From Bernardetia sp. OM2101 (GTDB taxonomy: Bacteria; Bacteroidota; Bacteroidia; Cytophagales; Bernardetiaceae): DNA of 64,000 bases. Every line of letters begins with the position of its first letter. Within the stretch, counting starts at the first letter, position 1. The position numbers were made by a program, and so were the translations under genes. The DNA is taken from NCBI RefSeq assembly GCF_042180575.1, contig NZ_CP170094.1, positions 1,912,604 through 1,976,603 on the forward strand. Direction: 5' to 3'. This document shows, piece after piece, positions 49,170 through 57,760 of the stretch. The notes under the pieces are model-generated. The model was not told where the DNA came from. It saw nothing but the letters and a program-made list of their open reading frames with translations, and did no database searches.

Positions 49170-49433
49170 TTATTTAGGGAAATTAAATGATAACCAAACA
49201 ACAAATGAAATAAGACCAATCAAAAAAAATAATGAGCCATAAAAAAATCCCCAAAGAGTATTTTTTGAAGCTCTATCTGTATTTTTAGAAAAATGAAAAG
49301 CTCCAATTACTGTGACTTTAAAAAAAAGTAATGAAAGAATTAAGCAAAAATTATCTAGAAGTTTTAGAAAATAAACGAGTAAAAAATCTATAACAAATAC
49401 TAAAATTAAAAACAAATATTTCATTTTCTGCAT
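49170..49433 (-). CDS. Small hypothetical membrane protein
   Basis: 87 aa, three hydrophobic segments. Confidence 0.35.
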   Translation of the reverse strand: MQKMKYLFLILVFVIDFLLVYFLKLLDNFCLILSLLFFKVTVIGAFHFSKNTDRASKNTLWGFFYGSLFFLIGLISFVVWLSFNFPK

Positions 49434-49765
49434 CTTTAAATGGAAATTACTGATTGATTAAAAACTAAATATAATAGGAAATGATTACAAACTAGGATTA
49501 TGTCACTTTTTAACAAAGTCGGTTTTTAAAAGTAAAATACTTTATTTAATGATTTTTAACACCTAAATTAGAATTATTAAAAGTCAGTTTTTAGCAAATA
49601 ACCTTCTTCATTGTGCATACTTTTTTCTGCTTTTGTCGTATTAGAAAGTAAATCATCTTAATTGTCTTGTTTTCATAGTAACCATCAATGAAATTCAAAT
49701 GAAACCGTCATTGAGGTATTAAATAAAAACTCTAATTCCATTTTACCCATCAAATTTCTACTACA

Positions 49766-50575
49766 ATGAATTACCTTAAAATTAACTCAAAACTTATTTT
49801 ATCTCTTTTATTAATTACTATTCTTTCATTTTCTATTTCTTCATGTGGCATCGTCCGACCAGGAGAAGTAGGCGTAAAACAGCGTTTAGGAAAAATAAAA
49901 GGAGGAGTAAGACAACCTGGAATGTATTTGCACAATCCTTTTTTTACTAAAATTGTCAAAGTACCAACACGCACAATAAATATGTATGCTTCTCTCAGTT
50001 CTCTTCCTACCAAAGAAGGACTGGCGATTAGTTGTGATTTGTCTGTTTTATTTCATATCCAAGAAGAATATGCTATAAAAGTAGTTCAGACAGTTGGTGT
50101 GAAAAATGGTCAGGATATAATTATGAATGTTTTGCGCTCTTCTGTGGCTGATGTTACAGCTAACTTTTTTGCTAAGGATTTATACAACTCTGAACGTAAG
50201 GAGATAGAACTTGCCATTGCTAAAAAAATGGCTGAACGCTTAGGAGATAGAGGTTTTGTTGTAGAATCTATTCTTTTGAAAAGTATTAACTTACCTGCCA
50301 ATCTTTCAAGAACAATAGAAGAAAAGTTACAAGCCGAACAACGAGCGCAAACCATGCAATTCGTTTTGGAACGTGAAAGACAAGAAGCTGAAAGAATGAA
50401 AATTGAAGCTGAAGCCATTCGTGATGCCCAAAAAATCATTAATGAATCACTCAATGAAATTACACTAAAATATTTAAGCATACAAGCATTCAAAGAGCTT
50501 TCAAAATCGAATAATGCAAAAGTAATTATCACAAATGGAAAAACTCCTTTTTTGATAGATGAAGATGGAAAGTAG
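49766..50575 (+). CDS. SPFH/Band-7 (prohibitin/HflC-like) domain lipoprotein
   Basis: ..IVRPGEVGVKQRLGKIKGGVRQPGMYLHNPFFTKIVKVPTRT.. SPFH N-terminal region plus coiled-coil tail. Confidence 0.7.
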   Translation: MNYLKINSKLILSLLLITILSFSISSCGIVRPGEVGVKQRLGKIKGGVRQPGMYLHNPFFTKIVKVPTRTINMYASLSSLPTKEGLAISCDLSVLFHIQEEYAIKVVQTVGVKNGQDIIMNVLRSSVADVTANFFAKDLYNSERKEIELAIAKKMAERLGDRGFVVESILLKSINLPANLSRTIEEKLQAEQRAQTMQFVLERERQEAERMKIEAEAIRDAQKIINESLNEITLKYLSIQAFKELSKSNNAKVIITNGKTPFLIDEDGK

Positions 50576-50752
50576 GAGTTTGAGATTTCATAGTGTAGAA
50601 ACTTTAAATTTTACACTATGAATTATCTAATTTTTAATTGAAAAGCCCTAAAACAAACAGTATTTTTTCTAATCAATAAATAAAGAGTATATTTACAATA
50701 GTTAATTTAACTAACTATTTTACAGATACGCTACTTTTAATAAAAAACGATT

Positions 50753-51958
50753 ATGAAAAAGTTATTTTTTGGGAAGACAAATTTTGTTATTATTTTACTA
50801 TGCTTTGCTATTTTTTCTTGTAAAAAAGATGAGGAAACAAAACTAAACGAGAGTCCAACAATTCAAATAAATTCGCCACAAGACCAAGCAGATTTTAATC
50901 TAGGAGAAGTTATTACTTTCAAAGCAACAGCAAATGATGCAGAAGATGGTGCTTTGACAAACATAACTTGGAACTCTGATAAAGACGGACAAATCGGAAC
51001 AGGAAGTGAAATTTCTGTAAGTAACTTAACTGAAAATACGCATATTATTACTGCAACAGTAGAAGATAGTAAAGGAATTTCGGTTACAGCAAGTGTTACT
51101 ATTTTTGTAAGTGTGCCTAATACTGCGCCTCAAATTAGTTTAGTAGAAACACCCATCGCCAAAACCTATCAAAATCGTTCTTTTTCAGCCAGTGTAACAG
51201 CCACTGATGTAGAAGACGGAAATCTGACAACTATAACATGGGTTTCGGATAAAGATGGAGAAATTGGAACAGGAACAACAGTTACTTTTTCAGATCTTTC
51301 GCCAGCTACGCATCAAATTACAGCTACTACAACTGATTCGAAGGGACTTAGTGCAGAAGTTAGTTTTAATGTGGAAGTATTGGCTATCAATCCAGAACTT
51401 TTTAAGTTAGCAAATTGGATGGTAGGTTCATTTAGTAGTCAAAATCAAGCTGACTCTAGTAGTGATGTTTATCATGTAGATGTGCGTGTTCAGTTGGTTC
51501 AGATTTGGGATGAGCGTACAGATGGATATTGGCTCTATATCGAACAGGCGTATGCAGATGATTTGGGCAGTCCGTACCGTAAGCGTATTTATCATTTGTT
51601 TGAACAAAACGGAGTGTTGAAAGACTTAATTTATGAACTTCCTAGAGGTTTGAATTTTAATGGACAATGGGCAAACCCTGATTTTTTTGATGTAGCAACA
51701 CCAGCAGATTTGACCGAAAAAGTGGGTTGTGGATTAGACTTTGAATTTATTGAAGACAAAAACTGGTTTTTTACCGAAACAATAGGAAAAGACTGTACGG
51801 CTTCTATTCCAGGGGTAGCGTACTTAAAAACTACTGCTACCATTGCAGAAGACCATTTTACGAGTTGGGATTTGGGATATAATTCGTCTGACGTAATTGT
51901 TTTAGGACCTTATTCTCCTTATTATTTTGATAAAATTGAAACTTACACAGTAAAGTAA
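50753..51958 (+). CDS. Lipoprotein with two tandem Ig-like repeats and a C-terminal CpcT/CpeT-like (DUF1001) domain
   Basis: Internal duplication of about 90 aa (..ATANDAEDGALTNITWNSDKDGQIGTG.. and ..ATDVEDGNLTTITWVSDKDGEIGTG..); the C-terminal ..YHVDVRVQLVQIWDERTDGYWLYIEQA.. resembles CpcT/CpeT-family domains. Confidence 0.5.
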   Translation: MKKLFFGKTNFVIILLCFAIFSCKKDEETKLNESPTIQINSPQDQADFNLGEVITFKATANDAEDGALTNITWNSDKDGQIGTGSEISVSNLTENTHIITATVEDSKGISVTASVTIFVSVPNTAPQISLVETPIAKTYQNRSFSASVTATDVEDGNLTTITWVSDKDGEIGTGTTVTFSDLSPATHQITATTTDSKGLSAEVSFNVEVLAINPELFKLANWMVGSFSSQNQADSSSDVYHVDVRVQLVQIWDERTDGYWLYIEQAYADDLGSPYRKRIYHLFEQNGVLKDLIYELPRGLNFNGQWANPDFFDVATPADLTEKVGCGLDFEFIEDKNWFFTETIGKDCTASIPGVAYLKTTATIAEDHFTSWDLGYNSSDVIVLGPYSPYYFDKIETYTVK

Positions 51959-51994
51959 TTTGAATTTATAAAAAAACAATTCTATTCTTATCCT

Positions 51995-52072
51995 TTATAA
52001 AACTCTCTACAAAATCAAAAAAAATTATGTAGAGAGTTTATTTTTGAGTAAATTTTGGAGAAAAATAAAATC
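51995..52072. repeat. Hairpin-containing element (ctctctacaaaatcaaaaaaaattatgtagagag plus T-rich tail), left direct repeat of the 52-kb cassette
   Basis: Near-identical second copy at 52578-52652; looks like the terminator of the upstream lipoprotein gene. Confidence 0.8.
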
Positions 52073-52074
52073 TT

Positions 52075-52464
52075 ATGAGTAATCAATGGAAAATAGACGA
52101 AAAATTAGCTAAAAAAGTCTATGCAAGAATAGAAAATTATACTGACGAAGAAAAACAAATTCTTTGGGATAAAATTAAAAATGAACTTCAAGAATATGAT
52201 TCTTTTACAGGAACTATTTTTGTAAAAGCTCCCTTTGGTGTTTTTTTGGATATTGGGAAAGAATTTCCTGCTTTGTTAAGAGTTGTAGCTATGAAGAATC
52301 TTAATGGTAGAAATTATCCCAATTACATGAATGATGAAATATGTAATCTAGGAGCAAAAATAAAAGTCTATTTTGTGGGGATGAGTGATGATGTAAAAGA
52401 TTTTATTGTTACAGAATATACAAAAGAACATATAGAATCTAATAAAGACCGTATTTTTACCTAA
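52075..52464 (+). CDS. Hypothetical 129-aa protein carried on a cassette flanked by duplicated terminator repeats
   Basis: ORF between the two repeat copies; no family recognised. Confidence 0.5.
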   Translation: MSNQWKIDEKLAKKVYARIENYTDEEKQILWDKIKNELQEYDSFTGTIFVKAPFGVFLDIGKEFPALLRVVAMKNLNGRNYPNYMNDEICNLGAKIKVYFVGMSDDVKDFIVTEYTKEHIESNKDRIFT

Positions 52465-52577
52465 AAAATAAAAATATTTTCTTCAAAAAATCGTATTTCT
52501 ACATTGAGAAATAACCCAAAACGTTTCGAATGTTTTAGCAAGGGGCATCGTCTATATGAGCATTTGGCGTTGGGTTT

Positions 52578-52652
52578 TATTCAAAACTCTCTACAAAATC
52601 AAAAAATTATGTAGAGAGTTTATTTTTGAGTAAATTTTGGGGAAAATAAATC
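52578..52652. repeat. Second copy of the hairpin/terminator element (right direct repeat), abutting the IS1 left inverted repeat
   Basis: aaactctctacaaaatcaaaaaattatgtagagagtttatttttgagtaaattttgg matches 52000-52058; followed directly by the IS1 inverted repeat at 52653. Confidence 0.8.
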
Positions 52653-53513
52653 GGTAGTGTTCTAAATATAAGGATGTTTTTTTTGAAAAAATGGCAATGA
52701 GTTGTGATATTTGTAAAATGCAAACTAAACAAACTCACATTTGCCCTCATTGCCAAGGCAAATATACCGTAAAAAACGGTCAAACTTATTACAATAAGCA
52801 AAATTACAAGTGTAAAACTTGTAAACGCCAATTTGTAGAACGTCCTTTACCTGAAAGTAAGGAAGCTATTATTAGTTCTTACCAAGATGAGTTAGTAGCT
52901 CAACTTCTATTAGAACGTATTGCTTTAAGAGGCATTAGTCGCCTTTTTAAAAAAAGTGTCAGTTGGGTTACTTCTCGTATGAAACTCTGCTATGAGCGAA
53001 TAAAAGAAGATTTGCCTATTGGTCGTTTAGCTTCAGCAGATATAGATTTATATCTGGTAGAAGCCGACGAGTTATGGAGTTTAGCTACGCTGAGCTCGCA
53101 AGCTCGGTTTGTAGGTGCTAAAGATTGTCCAGAATGGATCTGGTTAGCTATCGAAAGACGTACAGGATTGGTAGTTGGATTTCATAGTGGAGGTAGAGAT
53201 CAAGAGGGTGCATTAGGACTTTATTTGAGTATAGATAAGAAATTAAGAGAAAAAGCCATTGTTTATGCTGATGATTTTGCTTCTTATGGAACTGTATTTC
53301 CTAAAAAACAACTCCGACAAGAAGGTAAAAAAGAAACTACTAAAATTGAGCGTTTTAATAACACAATCAGACAGAGAAATAGCCCATTAGTTAGGCTTTC
53401 TTTATCCTTTTCTAAAAAATGGGAGAATCATTATAATTCAATCAAATATTTTATAGTAAATTACAACAATGAAATTATTGCATAGAATCCATCCTTATAA
53501 AAAGAACACCACC
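52653..53513 (+). mobile_element. IS1-family insertion sequence (about 861 bp) with 24-bp inverted repeats
   Basis: Left IR GGTAGTGTTCTAAATATAAGGATG; right end CATCCTTATAAAAAGAACACCACC (reverse complement GGTGGTGTTCTTTTTATAAGGATG); IS1-type GGT(A/G)GTG termini. Confidence 0.8.
52691..53485 (+). CDS. IS1-family transposase (single-ORF InsA zinc-finger fused to InsB-like)
   Basis: N-terminal C4 zinc finger (CDIC..CPHC, CKTC) and C-terminal ..ERFNNTIRQRNSPLVRLSLSFSKKWENH.. matching the IS1 InsB tail ([24 protein letters not shown]..). Confidence 0.8.
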   Translation: MAMSCDICKMQTKQTHICPHCQGKYTVKNGQTYYNKQNYKCKTCKRQFVERPLPESKEAIISSYQDELVAQLLLERIALRGISRLFKKSVSWVTSRMKLCYERIKEDLPIGRLASADIDLYLVEADELWSLATLSSQARFVGAKDCPEWIWLAIERRTGLVVGFHSGGRDQEGALGLYLSIDKKLREKAIVYADDFASYGTVFPKKQLRQEGKKETTKIERFNNTIRQRNSPLVRLSLSFSKKWENHYNSIKYFIVNYNNEIIA

Positions 53514-54001
53514 TAAAAATATCAATGTTGTACACAAAGAAATATTTTTTTTTATCCCTACATTACTATAATGGGAGAGTAAATCTGAAATGTAATCTTC
53601 AATAGCCATCTGTTTTTTTAAAACAAAGATAAGGTTTTTTGCATTACTAATGAACTTGTCCGTAGTTGTCAGTATTCTATAAATTTCCATTTCTTGAAAA
53701 AAACACAAAAGGAATAAAATGGCAAGATGGAAGATGGAGAGAGTACGTGTACATGGCTGAAAGTGGTGAAGTCATCTATCAAGAATAAAACCATCTACAA
53801 AAATTGCCTGCCCCAAATATTCTAAAACATAACCATTTCACAAAAGTTCTTTAGACTGGACAAAAAACTATTTCATTTTTTGTTCGTAAATTTGCATTTT
53901 ATTTAAACACAGAGTTCCTAGATAAAATATATTTAAAATTCACTACTGTACAGGAAAAGGCATGCCTTTTCCCTACAATTCTTAAATCTAACTTTATTAT
54001 C

Positions 54002-54316
54002 ATGGCAGTTATAGACATAGACGACTCAAACGTAAAAGAAAACTTGAACCAAAACGAAAAAGTAATTGTAAAATATTATGCGTCTTGGTGTGGCTCATGC
54101 AGACTAATCAAACCAAAATACAAGCGTCTTTCTAATGATGAGCGTTTTGAAGCAATTACTTTTTTAGATACTGATGCAGAACACAACCCAGAAGCTAGAG
54201 GTTTAGCAGGTGTTCAGAGCCTTCCTTATTTTGCTATTTTCAAAAATGGAGAATTGGTAGAAGGTCTTTCTACAAGCAAAGAAGAGAGTTTAATTGAGCT
54301 TTTAGAGAAATTATAA
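54002..54316 (+). CDS. trxA: Thioredoxin
   Basis: WCGSC active-site motif, 104 aa. Confidence 0.8.
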   Translation: MAVIDIDDSNVKENLNQNEKVIVKYYASWCGSCRLIKPKYKRLSNDERFEAITFLDTDAEHNPEARGLAGVQSLPYFAIFKNGELVEGLSTSKEESLIELLEKL

Positions 54317-54330
54317 TATTTTGTATAGTT

Positions 54331-54786
54331 ATGAATATTACAAAAAACTTAGAAAAAGCTAATATAACTCTTCCTTCTGTTTCAACTCCTGGAGGAACTT
54401 ATGTATCTGTAAATGTAAGAGCAAACATTGCCTACGTTGCTATTCAATTTCCAATCTTAGATGGAGAATATAAGTTTCAAGGTAGATTAGGAGATGAAAT
54501 TTCCACAGAAGAAGGATATGAAGCAATGAAATTATGTGCTTTAAATATTTTAGCTCAAATTGATTCAAAAATAGGTTTTGAAAATATTATGGGTCTAAAT
54601 CATATAGATGCTTACTTTCAATCCAATGAAACATGGGATGATTCTCCAAAAGTTGTCAATGGAGCTTCTGATTTATTTGTGCAAATATTAGAAGATAAAG
54701 GCATTCATTCAAGAGCTATTTTTGGAGTTCACAAATTACCTAGAAATTTCTCTGTTGGATTAACAGCTACTTTTACTATCAAATAA
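54331..54786 (+). CDS. RidA/YjgF-family (Rid) protein
   Basis: C-terminal ..RAIFGVHKLPRNFSVGLTATFTI.. resembles the RidA signature R.A..V..LP....VE..A.A. Confidence 0.5.
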   Translation: MNITKNLEKANITLPSVSTPGGTYVSVNVRANIAYVAIQFPILDGEYKFQGRLGDEISTEEGYEAMKLCALNILAQIDSKIGFENIMGLNHIDAYFQSNETWDDSPKVVNGASDLFVQILEDKGIHSRAIFGVHKLPRNFSVGLTATFTIK

Positions 54787-54804
54787 AATTATTGAACTAA
54801 TATC

Positions 54805-55047
54805 ATGAAATTACCAGTTATAAAACAATTAGTAGAAACTCATTCGTTAGAAGACCTCAAAAAAGCTGAAATGGCTATGGAAGAAGGAGAAAACCCTACT
54901 TTTGAAGTAAAAGGCGAAGACGAAGGCGAACAATTTACACACGTAATTGCAGCCGTTTGGGTAAAAGAAAAAATGGAAAAAGATGGCGTTGATGCTCGTG
55001 CTGCAATGCGTGAATATACACAGAAAGTAAGAAATTCAATAAGTTAA
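54805..55047 (+). CDS. Small hypothetical protein (80 aa, acidic)
   Basis: ORF with reasonable codon usage; no family recognised. Confidence 0.4.
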   Translation: MKLPVIKQLVETHSLEDLKKAEMAMEEGENPTFEVKGEDEGEQFTHVIAAVWVKEKMEKDGVDARAAMREYTQKVRNSIS

Positions 55048-55198
55048 ATTACGAATTTTCAATTACGACCTGCTAAAGCAGCGCAGCTAATTACGAATTG
55101 AAATACAAAAATAAACCTAGTATATTTATCATATATAAAAACAAAAGCTTATTGAGTATTCATTATTTTACTCTCGTAATTTTTAATTCGTAATTGAT
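55048..55198. repeat. TTCGTAA-family repeat region ending in the conserved motif cgtaatttttaattcgtaattga directly before the start codon
   Basis: aattacgaattttcaattacgacctgctaaagcagcgcagctaattacgaattg ... ctcgtaatttttaattcgtaattgatATG. Confidence 0.8.
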
Positions 55199-55552
55199 AT
55201 GAAAGAAGACAACATTATTCAGAAAAAGAGCTTTGATTTTGCTATCCGAATAGTGAATGCTTATAAGTTTTTGATTTCTAAACAAGAATATGTTTTGTCA
55301 AAACAATTATTACGTAGTGGAACTTCAATAGGTGCAAACGTAGAAGAGGCTATAGGTGGATATTCTAGGACAGATTTTGGTTTTAAATTATCCATTGCAT
55401 ACAAAGAAGCTAGAGAAACACTTTATTGGATTAAACTCTTAGAAGCAACTGACTATCTTTCAGAAGAAATGAGTAAAAGTCTGATTCAAGATGCAGAAGA
55501 AATCTGCAAAATAATTGGTAAAATACAAACTTCTTTAAAGAAAAATCAGTAA
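55199..55552 (+). CDS. Four-helix-bundle protein (23S rRNA intervening-sequence protein / Avd-like family)
   Basis: ..KKSFDFAIRIVNAYKFL...LLRSGTSIGANVEEA.. is the hallmark of the TIGR02436-type four-helix-bundle family. Confidence 0.75.
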   Translation: MKEDNIIQKKSFDFAIRIVNAYKFLISKQEYVLSKQLLRSGTSIGANVEEAIGGYSRTDFGFKLSIAYKEARETLYWIKLLEATDYLSEEMSKSLIQDAEEICKIIGKIQTSLKKNQ

Positions 55553-55559
55553 TAAATAA

Positions 55560-55640
55560 AACAGCGAAGCTAGTTAAGCTATAGAATTTCGTAATTAAAA
55601 ATTCGTAATCCGTAATTGACCAATTCGTAATTAAATTAAG
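55560..55640. repeat. TTCGTAA-family repeat region (cgtaattaaaaattcgtaatccgtaattgaccaattcgtaatt)
   Basis: Read directly; variant of the conserved roughly 30-nt motif. Confidence 0.8.
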
Positions 55641-55653
55641 TTTTTAACGGACT

Positions 55654-56883
55654 TTGAATCCGTTTCAAAAAAACAATACTATGAATATAACTACAAAAAA
55701 TCCAGAAAACCCTAATTCGAAAGGAAGAGTTTTGGTCGCCATGAGTGGTGGAATTGATAGTTCGTTGGCAGCCGTTTTGTTGCACGAACAAGGTTATGAA
55801 GTCATCGGAATGACGATGAAAACGTGGGATTATGCTGCTTCGGGTGGCAATATGAAAAAAGAAACGGGCTGTTGTAGCTTGGATTCTATCAATGATGCCC
55901 GTTCTATTTCGGTTGATTTGGGTTTCCCTCATTATATTTTGGACATTCGTTCCGAATTTGGCGATTACGTCATCGATTATTTTACAGAAGAATATATGGA
56001 AGGCAGAACGCCAAATCCATGTGTACTTTGCAATACGCATATCAAATGGGACGCACTTTTAAGACGTGCTGATAATTTGGGTTGTCAGTATATTGCGACA
56101 GGTCATTATGCCAATATTAGAGAGGAAAACGGACGTTTTGTAGTTTCGAAAGGTGTCGATACCAAAAAAGACCAATCGTATGTTTTGTGGGGTGTTTCGC
56201 AAGAAAGTTTGAGCCGTACTATGCTTCCTTTGGGAAATCTTACCAAAGCACAAATTCGTCAAATGGCATTGGATAGAGGTTTTGATGAGCTTGTCAAAAA
56301 ATCAGAATCGTATGAAATCTGTTTTATTCCTGATAATGATTACCGTAGTTTCTTGAAAAGAAGAGTTCCAGATATGGACGAAAAAGTAGGAAAAGGAAAC
56401 TTCATAATGACAACTGGAGAAGTAGTCGGACAACATGAAGGTTATCCGTTTTATACGGTCGGACAGCGCAAAGGATTAGGAATTGCACTCGGCGAACCTG
56501 CTTATGTAGTAGAAATTAAAAAAGATACCAATGAAGTTATTTTAGGTTTCAAAGATGATTTGTATAGAGATGGAATGATTGTCAAAAAATTAAATCTTCA
56601 AAAATATGCAAACATTGAAGGCGATTTACTGACCACTACAAAAGTTCGTGTACACCACGCAGGCGCACCAGCAACCATCACACAAAGCGAAGACGGACAA
56701 GAACTTACTGTTCTTTTTCACGAGCCTGTCGATGCCATTGCCCCTGGACAATCTGCCGTTTTTTATGATGGCGATGATGTCATTGGTGGAGGTTGGATAG
56801 TTTCTTCCTTCCAACAAATTGGAAACGAACGAATAGAGAAAAACTTGTTTCCTACGGAAGTTTATAAGCCGAAGACGGTTTAA
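55654..56883 (+). CDS. mnmA: tRNA-specific 2-thiouridylase MnmA; alternative start at 55681
   Basis: PP-loop VLVAMSGGIDSS, catalytic Cys region, C-terminal beta-barrel; about 400 aa. Confidence 0.9.
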   Translation: MNPFQKNNTMNITTKNPENPNSKGRVLVAMSGGIDSSLAAVLLHEQGYEVIGMTMKTWDYAASGGNMKKETGCCSLDSINDARSISVDLGFPHYILDIRSEFGDYVIDYFTEEYMEGRTPNPCVLCNTHIKWDALLRRADNLGCQYIATGHYANIREENGRFVVSKGVDTKKDQSYVLWGVSQESLSRTMLPLGNLTKAQIRQMALDRGFDELVKKSESYEICFIPDNDYRSFLKRRVPDMDEKVGKGNFIMTTGEVVGQHEGYPFYTVGQRKGLGIALGEPAYVVEIKKDTNEVILGFKDDLYRDGMIVKKLNLQKYANIEGDLLTTTKVRVHHAGAPATITQSEDGQELTVLFHEPVDAIAPGQSAVFYDGDDVIGGGWIVSSFQQIGNERIEKNLFPTEVYKPKTV

Positions 56884-56974
56884 TATATTTACCGAACGGT
56901 TCGCTTTGAGTGAACTGTTCGGTATTTTTTTGTATCTTAGATAAAGAGTTTTATAACTTAAAAGATAAAATAAA

Positions 56975-57229
56975 TTGATTATGGCAAAAATAGAACTACT
57001 ATTAAAAGACCTTGAAAACCTAAATCGTGATGAAATTTGGGTTGTCTGGGAATTTCTACAACAAAAAATAAAATCTTATACTCTAAATCCTGCTCAATCC
57101 GTAGAAAAAGAAGAAACAAAAAGACTACAATTTGATGATTTTTCGTTTGGACGTACTAGAGAAATTTTGAAAGGAAAAAATCTGAATTTGAGTGATGCTG
57201 TTATTGAAGAAAGGAGAAGTTACGAATGA
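56975..57229 (+). CDS. Putative antitoxin of the PIN toxin
   Basis: 84-aa ORF overlapping the PIN gene start by 4 nt (ATGA coupling). Confidence 0.5.
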   Translation: MIMAKIELLLKDLENLNRDEIWVVWEFLQQKIKSYTLNPAQSVEKEETKRLQFDDFSFGRTREILKGKNLNLSDAVIEERRSYE

Positions 57230-57651
57230 ATTTATTTTTAGATACTTCTGCATTATTGAAATTATACGATAATGAAATAGGCAGTGATGAAATGGAACTT
57301 TTATTCACTACCAATAAAATTGAAAAAATCTATCTCTCTTCTCTTACGATTTTAGAATTAGAATCTGCTATCAGAAAAAAACAACGTATGAAATTACTTA
57401 CAGAAAGTGAAACTGAAGAAATTTCAAGGCTTTTTACTGAAGATTCTAGCAAATTTACTTGGATAGAGATTGATGATAAAATTTTACAAAGAGCATTTCT
57501 ATTATTAAAAAAATACGGAATAGAAGGTTTGAGAACTTTAGATGCTATTCAATTATCAAGTGCCATTGAAGTAAAAAATGATGTTGCTTTGAATATTACT
57601 TATGATAAATTGCTAAAAAGTTTATTTGAAAAAGAAGATTTGAATAACTAA
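57226..57651 (+). CDS. PIN-domain toxin (VapC-like)
   Basis: MNLFLDTSALLKLYDNEIGSDEME.. N-terminal PIN motif with conserved Asp. Confidence 0.75.
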   Translation: MNLFLDTSALLKLYDNEIGSDEMELLFTTNKIEKIYLSSLTILELESAIRKKQRMKLLTESETEEISRLFTEDSSKFTWIEIDDKILQRAFLLLKKYGIEGLRTLDAIQLSSAIEVKNDVALNITYDKLLKSLFEKEDLNN

Positions 57652-57660
57652 AAAAATGAC

Positions 57661-57735
57661 TTCCAACAAATTGGAAACGAACGAATAGAGAAAAATTTGT
57701 TTCCTACGGAAGTTTATAAGCCTAAAACGGTTTAG
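57661..57735 (+). repeat. Orphan duplicate of the last 75 bp of mnmA (right direct repeat of the cassette)
   Basis: ttccaacaaattggaaacgaacgaatagagaaaaatttgtttcctacggaagtttataagcctaaaacggtttag compared with 56809-56883. Confidence 0.85.
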
Positions 57736-57760
57736 AGTTTCTTTTTAGGTAAAAAAAAGT

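Larger units (their letters stand above)
56884..57660 (+). mobile_element. Inserted toxin-antitoxin cassette flanked by 75-bp direct repeats of the mnmA 3' end
   Basis: 56809-56883 (the mnmA 3' end) is repeated at 57661-57735 with 4 mismatches; the cassette between them carries the antitoxin/PIN pair. Confidence 0.75.

Noticed and set aside
53475-53708. 77-aa minus-strand ORF overlapping the IS1 right end
   Set aside because: It starts inside the IS1 inverted repeat and terminal region; at most it is a remnant of a gene truncated by the insertion and cannot be supported as a functional CDS.
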